This document shows positions 7,477 through 16,143 of a DNA stretch of 64,000 nucleotides, in pieces. The stretch lies in the IMG/VR virus record IMGVR_UViG_3300027747_004417; one strand, given 5' to 3'. The position numbers were made by a program, and so were the translations under genes. The notes under the pieces were generated by a model, which saw only the letters and a program-made list of their open reading frames with translations, did not search any database and was not told where the DNA came from. Position 1 is the stretch's first letter. The number at the start of each line of letters is the position of its first letter. This stretch comes from a virus.

Positions 7477-9315
7477 ATGAAAAGAAAACTAATCAGCTTT
7501 GATGTCTTCAAGAAAATAGAAGGCCAGTCATTAACAAATGCCGAAAGAGAGTTGGCAGAAGCACAGGACCTCTTGGCAGAAGTGCTAGGTTTAGAATTCC
7601 TAGAGCTTTACACATTCGGTGAGTCAGACGTAACTTATGAGACTCCCGATGGAACTTACATACACGCTACTTATACCATTAAAGACGACAATATAATTCT
7701 AGAAAACATAGAGCAACTGGTGGTAGACGAAGAAGGTGAAAAGAATAGCTCCCGTGAACTAGTTGCCAAAATGGTTGATTCAATCGTTGAAGGAAAAGAA
7801 CTAGAAGCAACCCAAAAGTTTGAACAATATATTAATTCTTCTTATGTTAAGAGATCATTAACAGAAGCAGCTTGGACATTTACTGCATCAAAGCCCACTG
7901 GAAAAAGAAGCAAGTTGGCCCACAAACGCAGAAACAGATCAGCTGTTGCCAAGGGTGTTAGATCCAGACTTAGGACTCTAAGATCACTTTCACCAAGCCA
8001 AAAAAGGCAGAATGCACTTAGATCCGCAAGACTAAAGAAGAAGCTAGGATCTACAACCAACAAGCGTGCTAGAGTTTACGCTAGAAAAGTCAAGAAGCAG
8101 CTCAAAGAGTGGTCAACTCTCTGTGAAAATGTTTTAGGTTATATCGACTATAAGGAATTCGGCCCAGTAGCCAAAGAAACATTGGTTAGAAAAGACGAAA
8201 ACGGCGGCATCTCATCAGTTGCTATGCCAACTCTACAGAAGAGAAATGAAGGCAAGATTCTTTCTTTCAACTGGAAGACTTTGGATACAGATGTTAAGGT
8301 TCTTCGCGGAAAAATGAAGGATCTCAAAGAAGATGCAAACTTTGCAAGAGCTATGGCCGACCTCAAGAGATACAACAATGTATCAGACAATCAGTCTCTT
8401 GAAGAGACCCTAGAAGCAATTGTAGCCCGTTGGCCTGACCTAGTTTACGTTACAGAAGCAGAACTAGCATCACAGATATCACAAGCACTAGAAGTTGCTA
8501 ATGTAAAGAATTTTGATGATCAGACCTGCTCATTCATGGCAGAGGCCATTCTTAGAACCGCTCATCATGTTTACACAGACAAGGTTCAAAAGATAGCCGA
8601 TCTTGCTGGCACAACCGAAGATATCACATCAGAATGCAAAGAATGTGAAGATGCTTATGCATCATTCAAGCAAGTTGCAGAGTCTTTATACGCTAATCTA
8701 GATGAATCTGAGTCAACTGATCTAAGAGTATTCGCAGATTTACTAAAGGCTCTTCGTGAAGTTCACGAACTAGCAACAGAGACCCAAGAGCAAGAGATTG
8801 TTCAAGATGTAGAAGATCTAATGGGTCAATGCATATCAGTGTTGAATAAAGAAATACAGCCAGAAGATGCTCTTGCTGAAGAAGTAGCAGAGTATATTAA
8901 CAGTCTTGTTGAGTCCAATGTTGATGGCTCTTCACAAGATTGGGACGTTGTTACAGCACCTCATCACACCGTGGTAGGAGACCACCCTGTATTGAGCAAG
9001 AATGCTAAGGTTGATGGTGCTCCTTCTAATCACCCTGGCGACTGGAAGAGTCCAGCACCAGTAAGCGACGGAAAGAGCTACGATGGAAGTCTAGATGATG
9101 AAATGCAGAATAACGGATGGGGAAACATCTCCACCGGTAGCACATATCCAGAACTAGACAATCCATACATCCTTAAGTCCGGTGACTTTAAGATGAGGGA
9201 GAAATCTGTTGTAGATGACAACGATTTGTTGGCTCAAGATCAATCAGATGATACTTGGCCTAACCTAAGCAACCCCTATTCTCCTAAGGCAGCAAACCCC
9301 AAAGACGTTGAGTAA
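7477..9315 (+). CDS. Large prohead core-type protein (gp67/gp68 position)
   Basis: Immediately upstream of gp21. Acidic and helical, with an Arg/Lys-rich block and gp21-type (L/V)xE sites (SLTEA, TLCEN, SLVES). Confidence 0.55.
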   Translation: MKRKLISFDVFKKIEGQSLTNAERELAEAQDLLAEVLGLEFLELYTFGESDVTYETPDGTYIHATYTIKDDNIILENIEQLVVDEEGEKNSSRELVAKMVDSIVEGKELEATQKFEQYINSSYVKRSLTEAAWTFTASKPTGKRSKLAHKRRNRSAVAKGVRSRLRTLRSLSPSQKRQNALRSARLKKKLGSTTNKRARVYARKVKKQLKEWSTLCENVLGYIDYKEFGPVAKETLVRKDENGGISSVAMPTLQKRNEGKILSFNWKTLDTDVKVLRGKMKDLKEDANFARAMADLKRYNNVSDNQSLEETLEAIVARWPDLVYVTEAELASQISQALEVANVKNFDDQTCSFMAEAILRTAHHVYTDKVQKIADLAGTTEDITSECKECEDAYASFKQVAESLYANLDESESTDLRVFADLLKALREVHELATETQEQEIVQDVEDLMGQCISVLNKEIQPEDALAEEVAEYINSLVESNVDGSSQDWDVVTAPHHTVVGDHPVLSKNAKVDGAPSNHPGDWKSPAPVSDGKSYDGSLDDEMQNNGWGNISTGSTYPELDNPYILKSGDFKMREKSVVDDNDLLAQDQSDDTWPNLSNPYSPKAANPKDVE

Positions 9316-9326
9316 TAGGAGGTTCA

Positions 9327-10013
9327 ATGGAAACAAAACAAATTTTATTTGTAGACAGTTGTGATCATTCTGGATTTACCCTAAGTCTTAATGAATCTGC
9401 AGACAGCGGATTAACAAGATTTAGAGGCAAATTCCAAGAGGCAGAAGCTGTTAATAAAAACAAAAGAAAATACCCTTATGGTGTTCTAGATGAAAACGTT
9501 AAGAAATTAAAACCTATCATCGAAGCCAGAGGTCTAGTTGGAGAACTAGATCATCCAGCAGACAGCATAATACATTTTGAAAAATGCTCCCATATAATTA
9601 CTAAGTTATGGTGGGAAGGCAATAGTCTCATGGGAGAAGGCGAAATTCTTAATACACCTCATGGTAAAATACTAAAAAGTTTACTTAATGATGGTGTAAG
9701 AATAGGAATTAGCAGCCGTGGCGTAGGCAACGGTCGCAATGATGAGAATGGAATCTTAGTAATTGGAGAAAGCTACAAGTTGATAACGTTCGACGCCGTT
9801 GCTGATCCAAGTACCCACTCTGCTTTCCAGGAGAAAGTGGTAGGAAGAAAAGAAAGCTACGACCAAAAAGGTACAAGAACAGCAGATTTAGAAAATAATT
9901 CTGTAAAAAACGATGTTAGCTGCATACATAAGGTTAACAAAGAAGCTCTTGTTGCTTGCTTGGGCGGAATTATTGAACAAAAAACATATAACTTAAAAGC
10001 GAGGTTAGGCTAA
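9327..10013 (+). CDS. gp21: Prohead core maturation protease
   Basis: GELDHP, GEILNTPHGKILKSLL, GISSRGVG and FDAVADPS motifs. Confidence 0.95.
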   Translation: METKQILFVDSCDHSGFTLSLNESADSGLTRFRGKFQEAEAVNKNKRKYPYGVLDENVKKLKPIIEARGLVGELDHPADSIIHFEKCSHIITKLWWEGNSLMGEGEILNTPHGKILKSLLNDGVRIGISSRGVGNGRNDENGILVIGESYKLITFDAVADPSTHSAFQEKVVGRKESYDQKGTRTADLENNSVKNDVSCIHKVNKEALVACLGGIIEQKTYNLKARLG

Positions 10014-10909
10014 TGGAAAAGATTGTAGAAGCACTTAAAAAACTCTTACCCGAATCTGAAATCAACGAGGTATCATCAGCAGTTCAAGACATGCTAGATC
10101 AAGCAAAGTCAAGTCTAGAGGTTGAATTCAATGAAAAACTTGAAGAGGCCTATGCCGAGCTTTCTAGTGAAATAGCTGAAGCCGAAAAGATTGCAGAAAA
10201 GGGCTACGAAGAAGCATATTCAATTATTGCTGATCTTCGTAATCGTTTAGAAATTCAAGGTGAGGAATTCAAGTCCGCACTTGAAGAAGGATACGAAGAA
10301 GCATATCAAATGCTCAAGCAAGAAAAAGAAAAGAATCAAAAGCTTGAAGTCGAAATGTACGAAGAGTACGACAAAAAGCTTGCTGATATGAAGGAATATA
10401 TTGTTGACAAAGTTGACCAGTTCCTACAACTAAAGGGACAAGACATTTATGAACAAGCCAAGCGTGACGTAATCAACGACCCACGTATGGTTGAGCATAA
10501 AGTTGCTCTCGATAAGATTGTAGACATAACTGCCAACTACCTCTCGGACGAAGATTTTGCAGCTGTCTCTTCTTCTAAGCTAGAAGAAGCAACTAAGGCG
10601 GTCGAAGAAATGAAGGCCCAACTTAGAATAATGGAAGCTCGCAACATCAGGATCTCAACGGAAAACACTAAGCTTACTGAGGCTGTTCGTCAGGCTCAGG
10701 AAGTAATAAGTGAGAGCAGAAACGTTGTAGCAAAGACCAAAAAGGAAGCCGTGGTCAACGAACAGAAAGAAAGAACTGAAAAAGCAACGAATGTAACGGG
10801 GAGAGGAAAGACAGAAGACGGTGAAGTCATATCGGAATATGCCGCACCACAAAGTGACGCTGGTATGGATCAATTGTTGGTCCTATCAGGTCTAAAACAG
10901 GCTCAATAA
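10013..10909 (+). CDS. gp22: Prohead scaffold protein
   Basis: Acidic coiled coil between the protease and the major capsid gene, with IxE cleavage-type sites. Confidence 0.8.
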   Translation: MEKIVEALKKLLPESEINEVSSAVQDMLDQAKSSLEVEFNEKLEEAYAELSSEIAEAEKIAEKGYEEAYSIIADLRNRLEIQGEEFKSALEEGYEEAYQMLKQEKEKNQKLEVEMYEEYDKKLADMKEYIVDKVDQFLQLKGQDIYEQAKRDVINDPRMVEHKVALDKIVDITANYLSDEDFAAVSSSKLEEATKAVEEMKAQLRIMEARNIRISTENTKLTEAVRQAQEVISESRNVVAKTKKEAVVNEQKERTEKATNVTGRGKTEDGEVISEYAAPQSDAGMDQLLVLSGLKQAQ

Positions 10910-10940
10910 CTTATAACTCATTAGTTAAAAAAAGGAAAAT

Positions 10941-12374
10941 ATGAACGCAAATGCACAGTTTTTGAATGAGGCTAAAGAGTTAGAAGCTCGCTGGGCACAG
11001 ACAGGTCTCCTCGAAGGTATCAAAGACCGTTATGTTCGCAATGCCACAGCAGTTCTACTCGAAAACCAGAGACTAATGAACGAGAACAGCACCGACTCAG
11101 GTGACGTTGCTCAGTTCAAGAGAATCTCAATCCCACTAGTTCGCAGAATTTACCCACAGCTTATCGCTAACAAGATCGTCAGCGTTCAGCCACTTCTCGG
11201 ACCAACGGGACTAGTCTATTACTTAAGATTCCGTTACGGCAGCAACAAGGGTGCAACCCGTGGTGCTGACAAGCTCGGATTCCCAGGTGATGACGCCAAC
11301 AGCTTGATGCAAAGAGCTGATGGTACAGCCAATTTGGACATCTTCTACAGCAGCCAATTCGTACAGAATGAAACATCCAACACCGAAGCCGGTGCTGGCA
11401 CATCTGTAACATTCGACCCAGTTGAGCACACTCCAGTTTTAGCTGGAACAATCACTGGTACAGTTTACGTTGGTGCAGTAGCTGTACAAACATTCGTTGT
11501 CTCAGCAAGTGGAACATTCACTTTCACAAGCATCGGATCACCATCGGTAAGAGCAACAGCAGGTTCAGTAAACCTCACAACAGGTGAGATTTCACTAACC
11601 TACAACTCAGCCCCAGGCAACAATCACTTTGTCGCCAGCTATGAGTATAACATGGAATGCAATCAAGATCTTCCAGAAATCAACCTCGTTGTTGAATCAG
11701 AAGAAATTGCAGCCAAGACTCGTAAGCTAAAGGCTGTATGGAGCTACGAAGCACAGCAAGACCTCCGCTCACAGCACAATCTCGATGCTGAAGCTGAGCT
11801 CACAGCTGTTCTAGCTCAAGAAATCAATCTTGAAATCGACCGTGAAGTTCTAACCGATCTTCGCAACAATGCTGGTACAGTATCAGCTTGGGACTTCAAC
11901 ACCGCCCTTGGTGACACGATCAAGGAAAAGTATGAATCCCTCTACGTCAAGGTTGTCGAAATCAGCAACGTCATTCATCGTAAGACATTGCGTGGTGGTG
12001 CAAACTGGCTCGTAACCAGCCCTGAAGTTGCTTCAATCTTCGAAACAGCAACAGCAGGTTTCGCACCAGCCCCAAGTGAGACTTTCACAAGCTCACTCGG
12101 CGTTCAGTATGTTGGTACTGTCAACAACAGATGGAGACTCTACAAGGATCCATTGTTCCCAAGCAATCAAGTATTGATGGGATATAAGGGTGACAGCTAT
12201 ATGGACAGCGGATACTTCTACTGCCCATACGTACCACTCACACAGACACCAGTTGTCCTCGACCCAGAATCCTTCTGCCCACGCAAGGGAATCTTGACTC
12301 GATACGGAAAGAAATTATTAAGGGAAGGAAGCAAATTCTACGCAAGATTGAGTATCGCTAATTTCATAATATGA
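10941..12374 (+). CDS. gp23: Major capsid protein
   Basis: VSVQPLLGPTGLVYYLRFRY, AKTRKLKAVWSYEAQQDL, LAQEINLEIDRE, FYCPYVPL and GILTRYG motifs. Confidence 0.97.
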   Translation: MNANAQFLNEAKELEARWAQTGLLEGIKDRYVRNATAVLLENQRLMNENSTDSGDVAQFKRISIPLVRRIYPQLIANKIVSVQPLLGPTGLVYYLRFRYGSNKGATRGADKLGFPGDDANSLMQRADGTANLDIFYSSQFVQNETSNTEAGAGTSVTFDPVEHTPVLAGTITGTVYVGAVAVQTFVVSASGTFTFTSIGSPSVRATAGSVNLTTGEISLTYNSAPGNNHFVASYEYNMECNQDLPEINLVVESEEIAAKTRKLKAVWSYEAQQDLRSQHNLDAEAELTAVLAQEINLEIDREVLTDLRNNAGTVSAWDFNTALGDTIKEKYESLYVKVVEISNVIHRKTLRGGANWLVTSPEVASIFETATAGFAPAPSETFTSSLGVQYVGTVNNRWRLYKDPLFPSNQVLMGYKGDSYMDSGYFYCPYVPLTQTPVVLDPESFCPRKGILTRYGKKLLREGSKFYARLSIANFII

Positions 12375-12394
12375 AATTAATTTAATCGCAAACT

Positions 12395-12426
12395 AAACCT
12401 CGACTGGAAACAGTCGAGGTTTTTTT
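12395..12426 (+). terminator. Rho-independent terminator after the major capsid gene
   Basis: AAACCTCGACTG-GAAA-CAGTCGAGGTTT followed by a T-run. Confidence 0.9.
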
Positions 12427-12468
12427 GTACACTTTGATATTGAAACTCACGCATGAATAGGAGGCTTT

Positions 12469-13284
12469 ATGCCTAGTGGCGGACACAATAAGTTCTCTTA
12501 CCAGACCGTTAGATCCATTATTGAATCTCATGGATTTGTCCTGTTAGAAAAAGATTATGTGAACAACAATGAGAAAATTCGAGTGATTTGTATTTGTGGT
12601 AATGAGACAGAAATGAGGTTGTGCGATATAAAACGAGGAAGAAAATGTCAAAAATACTGTTTGGCCAAATCTAATTCGATAAGATTCAAAACCAAAGATG
12701 AAGAAATAAAAAAAATATGCAAAGATAATGGATGTACTTTTGTTAAGTCCTGGATTCAAAGCAAAAAAACTAGAATAAAGTACATCTGCAAATGTGGTAG
12801 AGAATGGGAGGCATATTTATGCAACTTTAAAAAATGTCCCAATTGTAAAAAGTGTGGGAATGCAAAAGTCTCTGGCGATAATTGTTATATGTACGATCCT
12901 GATAGAGATGCTGTTAAATTAAGAAAAAGATTCCGTAAAATGTGCGGTCAATATATTAAAAGATTTATGGAGGCAACAGGACAGTTTAAAACACGTCACA
13001 CCCATGAATTATTAGGTTATACGCCTCAGCAACTACAAGAGCACATACTAAACCACCCTGATTATAATGCCCTTAAAGACGAAGATTGGCACGTTGATCA
13101 TATAATGCCAATCCAGGCTTTTTTAGACCATGGAATATTGGATTTAAAAGTGATTAATGCTTTAGAAAATCTTAGACCAATGAAGGGATTTGAAAACTTA
13201 TCAAAGGCAGATGAATACTCTGAAGAAGAATTTAAGAATAAATATATCAATACGACAATAAAAACGGCTCCTAAGTTTCCTTAG
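12469..13284 (+). CDS. Free-standing HNH endonuclease with two Cys-rich N-terminal repeats
   Basis: WHVDHIMP...NALENLRPM..FENLSK HNH core, with CxCG...CxxC repeats at the N-terminus. Confidence 0.8.
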   Translation: MPSGGHNKFSYQTVRSIIESHGFVLLEKDYVNNNEKIRVICICGNETEMRLCDIKRGRKCQKYCLAKSNSIRFKTKDEEIKKICKDNGCTFVKSWIQSKKTRIKYICKCGREWEAYLCNFKKCPNCKKCGNAKVSGDNCYMYDPDRDAVKLRKRFRKMCGQYIKRFMEATGQFKTRHTHELLGYTPQQLQEHILNHPDYNALKDEDWHVDHIMPIQAFLDHGILDLKVINALENLRPMKGFENLSKADEYSEEEFKNKYINTTIKTAPKFP

Positions 13285-13292
13285 GAGCCGTT
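13260..13292 (-). terminator. Rho-independent terminator for the minus-strand collar-domain genes
   Basis: 13-bp perfect stem AACGGCTCCTAAG/CTTAGGAGCCGTT, GAAA loop on the minus strand, then Ts. Confidence 0.8.
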
Positions 13293-13317
13293 CTCAAAAT
13301 CATCTATAATAACTTAT

Positions 13318-13908
13318 TTAGCATTTAATGATATAGTTTAAGACTGCGAATGGTTGCATGTTGTTATGGGCAGTGCCACTACCAGCATTATTAATGCTTA
13401 GTGCAACAGGTGCAGCATATATATTGGGTTCTACGGCTGATGCATCAACATCAACCGCCGTATTTTGTCCGTCTGCTTTGATTAGACCCACCGTTCCTCC
13501 CACTGCGTTGGAAGTATGCGTGTGGCTTGGCATCTCGCCGGTTGTGAGCGTGTGAGTTTCTTCTCCTCCTGTAGCTCCCATAGCTCTTGACGTTAACCCA
13601 GCTCCACTTCCTTGTCCGACTATTGCTCTTCCTGATAGATTAGGCAGGTTGAATGTTGTGCTTCCATTTCCTACTCCGTAGGTGGTCCCAACTACTGAAA
13701 ACAAATCTGCGTAATCTTCTCTGCTGACTGCTTGACCAACGCAATTTAGCCATCCTTTAGGGGCATTGCTTGATCCGTAGGCTAATACCGCTCCAACTGG
13801 AACTAGTAGCTCTGGAAGTAGGTTTTCTTCCCTGACTAATGAATTCTGTATCTTCCTTCTTAATTCTTCTACTGAACCGGGTCCGGTTCCTTCTGTAGTT
13901 TGTGTCAT
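13318..13908 (-). CDS. Phage tail collar domain protein (fibre/decoration)
   Basis: PVGAVLAY...PKGWLNCVGQAVSREDYADLFSVVGTTYG.GNGSTTFNLPNLSGR and HNNMQPFAVLNYIIK motifs. Confidence 0.85.
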   Translation of the reverse strand: MTQTTEGTGPGSVEELRRKIQNSLVREENLLPELLVPVGAVLAYGSSNAPKGWLNCVGQAVSREDYADLFSVVGTTYGVGNGSTTFNLPNLSGRAIVGQGSGAGLTSRAMGATGGEETHTLTTGEMPSHTHTSNAVGGTVGLIKADGQNTAVDVDASAVEPNIYAAPVALSINNAGSGTAHNNMQPFAVLNYIIKC

Positions 13909-13925
13909 AAAACTCCTTTTTTAAA
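13867..13925 (-). repeat. Duplicated RBS plus N-terminal leader (copy 1; copy 2 at 14285-14342)
   Basis: Both copies read AAAAAGGAGTTTTATGACACAAAC... and encode MTQTTEGTGPG(S/A)VE. Confidence 0.85.
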
Positions 13926-13930
13926 AACAA

Positions 13931-14326
13931 TCAAACAAACGCTACTACTCTAAATTTCTTTCCAGTTGTTACTGTAACTACTACGTTAGTTAAAGTATGT
14001 GTGCCCTCAGAGACCATGTATGCACCAGTTGTAGCTACGTTGGTATCTGTTGGGTAGACTAGAACTAAAGATGGTTCAACTCCTAATCCGTGTGCTACGT
14101 TTTGAGCAGCCCCAGTGCCTGTTAATTCTGTTGACTTGAATACTTTCATTTTAGCGACTGTAACTGCTCCAGCAGCTATTTTAGATGTTGAAACTGCTCC
14201 ATCATCTACATCTGAATTTACCACTGTACTTGGTGGTATGTTTACGCTTTTAACCACTCCATTGAAAATTCTTGGGAGCACTCTTTCTACTGCTCCTGGT
14301 CCTGTTCCCTCAGTTGTTTGTGTCAT
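13931..14326 (-). CDS. Putative virion decoration/fibre protein
   Basis: Shares the 14-aa leader with the collar gene. Beta-rich and V/T/A-rich, with a GAVSTSKIAAGAVT repeat typical of fibres. Confidence 0.6.
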   Translation of the reverse strand: MTQTTEGTGPGAVERVLPRIFNGVVKSVNIPPSTVVNSDVDDGAVSTSKIAAGAVTVAKMKVFKSTELTGTGAAQNVAHGLGVEPSLVLVYPTDTNVATTGAYMVSEGTHTLTNVVVTVTTGKKFRVVAFV

Positions 14327-14396
14327 AAAACTCCTTTTTAAATATTAGCCATTCTTTGGCTACTATATTATATAGTTTTTTTAAGATATTTATTTT

Positions 14397-15176
14397 TTAC
14401 TTACGAAATTCCATCCAAGGCTGTGTCATGACATATCTCTTCAAGTCTTCAACCTTCATATTTAATATTTTGTTATAAAGCTGATAATTTTTTTGAAGGT
14501 CTGGATTATTAGTGTCGATATTTTTGTCTTTAGTGTGCTCCATGTGATATAATGGACCACTTACGCTAAAAAAAGTAGCACCCAAAGCTTTGGAGCGTAC
14601 AAGCCTCTCATAATCCTCCCAACCCCACGAGATAAAGTTCTCATTTTCCATTCCATATTGAATAAACATGGATCGGTTCCAAAATAATGCACCGCCTACT
14701 GACGAAAATAGGTGTCTGATCGATTCTATTTTTTCGATGTCAATAAAAGATAAATCGTGTTCGGCCTTGATTCTGGGGATATGTATGCGGGGTATGTCGA
14801 AACATCGACCATCATACGGAAGTATTCCCGCAATTTCAGGAACTTCGGTAAGCATCCTAGCAGCCGTAACATAGTTTTCTGGTTTGATTAGTACATCACA
14901 GTCATAGTTAACTATAATTGGCGTTCGAGATAATAGAGCCATGTCATTAAGATATCGTGTGCGGTGAAAAGGTCCATCACTTATATCAAAAATAATTCGA
15001 ACATTTGGCCTAGGTTTTATTGACGGTGCGTTCTTACCTAGCTCATAAATAATAATGTTTGTGTCAAAAAAATGAGTCAAATAGTCTACTACAAGTTCAA
15101 GGTTCTCAACACGTTCTATATGATCAGCCTTAAAAGGAATGTTAAAAGTAACATGTTTTAGTTCAATTTTGTTCAT
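14397..15176 (-). CDS. Glycosyltransferase, GT-A fold (GT7/GT2-like)
   Basis: NYDCDV (DxD), GGALFWNR and ENENFISWGWEDYER motifs. Confidence 0.8.
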   Translation of the reverse strand: MNKIELKHVTFNIPFKADHIERVENLELVVDYLTHFFDTNIIIYELGKNAPSIKPRPNVRIIFDISDGPFHRTRYLNDMALLSRTPIIVNYDCDVLIKPENYVTAARMLTEVPEIAGILPYDGRCFDIPRIHIPRIKAEHDLSFIDIEKIESIRHLFSSVGGALFWNRSMFIQYGMENENFISWGWEDYERLVRSKALGATFFSVSGPLYHMEHTKDKNIDTNNPDLQKNYQLYNKILNMKVEDLKRYVMTQPWMEFRK

Positions 15177-15308
15177 AACTTACCAGCCTTATATTATTAG
15201 AGCTAATAAATGGTGAATTTTAGCAATTTTTATCTTTGTTGTTGATAGATAAATTAATCATTTTATTATGTTGACCACTTGGGTAATCCACCAATTGATC
15301 AAACTAAG

Positions 15309-15381
15309 TGGAGAATAAGGGATTTGAACCCATAACCCCCGCCATGCAAAGGCGATGCTCTCCCAATTGAGCTAATTCCCC
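15309..15381 (-). tRNA. tRNA-Ala(TGC), CCA not encoded
   Basis: 73 nt. Acceptor stem GGGGAAT/ATTCTCC plus A, D arm AGCTCAATTGGGAGAGC, anticodon loop TT-TGC-AT and T loop GGTTCAAATCC. Confidence 0.93.
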
Positions 15382-15391
15382 GGTTATTCAC

Positions 15392-15399
15392 TATATATA
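15392..15399. promoter_or_regulatory. TATATATA candidate bidirectional promoter (tRNA / lipoprotein)
   Basis: Lies 10 nt from the tRNA 5' end and 40 nt from the divergent ATG at 15439. Confidence 0.35.
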
Positions 15400-15438
15400 A
15401 TAGAGAGAGGATCTCTCTTTTTTAAACAATGGAGGTTT

Positions 15439-15615
15439 ATGAAAAATCTATTTTTGGTCTGTTTAATATCGGCATTGCTTTTAGGAGGCTGTTTTAAACA
15501 GGTTTCTTGTAGCTGCGGTTGTTCTAATTGCGGCAAATCATGTGTAAACCAATGTGATGGCATGAGGTGTACACCTGGTGAAAAATGTTGCGATAATTGC
15601 GTTTGCAAGAAGTAA
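15439..15615 (+). CDS. 58-aa Cys-rich lipoprotein, metallothionein-like (absent from the ORF track)
   Basis: GGAGG RBS. Translates as MKNLFLVCLISALLLGGCFKQVSCSCGCSNCGKSCVNQCDGMRCTPGEKCCDNCVCKK, and its stop abuts the next ATG. Confidence 0.7.
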   Translation: MKNLFLVCLISALLLGGCFKQVSCSCGCSNCGKSCVNQCDGMRCTPGEKCCDNCVCKK

Positions 15616-15867
15616 ATGAGTCTTTATAAAACAAGGAGGTTTATGGTTTCATTAGCTTTAATGGTTTCTATCATATTTTTGTCTGTGATTCTTTCTGGTC
15701 CGATGTCCTTAATGTTTCGCTACATAAATATGCCTTTCTCGGCTGCAATATTTGCTTTTTTTTCAATTGCAGCGGGAGCTTACTGGTGCTGCGTTGCACC
15801 TTTTCCTATATCGTCCTTAGGAGCCTTATCGGCTTTTTGTGGTGCGATAACTTTGTCTAAGCTTTAA
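15616..15867 (+). CDS. Small multi-pass membrane protein
   Basis: Two to three hydrophobic segments, coupled to the upstream gene. Confidence 0.6.
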   Translation: MSLYKTRRFMVSLALMVSIIFLSVILSGPMSLMFRYINMPFSAAIFAFFSIAAGAYWCCVAPFPISSLGALSAFCGAITLSKL

Positions 15868-15875
15868 AAACAGAG

Positions 15876-15906
15876 GAGGTGGACTATCTTTTTAGTCCAC
15901 CTCTTT
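15876..15906. terminator. Probable bidirectional terminator between convergent genes
   Basis: 11-bp perfect stem GAGGTGGACTA/TAGTCCACCTC with T-runs on both strands. Confidence 0.7.
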
Positions 15907-16143
15907 AAATTCTTCTTTGCATAGAAACAGAACCTTTTGTTGTTCTTCGCACCATATTTCGTAGTTGTCTACGTTATGTCTTCTTACAATATATCCGTAT
16001 TCTTTTTTGCCATCGCCCAGGTTTATTTCTACTTTGACGCCCATTGGTTTCTTTTCTTTCTTCCCAAAGATGATTTCCCAATTTTTGCCCCATGTCGCTT
16101 CGTCTACGCTCTTTTTCCTTCTTTTGTCTCCTTTTCCGTTCAT
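15892..16143 (-). CDS. Small hypothetical phage protein
   Basis: GKGDKRR...WGKNWEIIFGKK N-terminus recalled from small phage ORFs. Overlaps the SET gene stop by 4 bp. Confidence 0.55.
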   Translation of the reverse strand: MNGKGDKRRKKSVDEATWGKNWEIIFGKKEKKPMGVKVEINLGDGKKEYGYIVRRHNVDNYEIWCEEQQKVLFLCKEEFKEVD

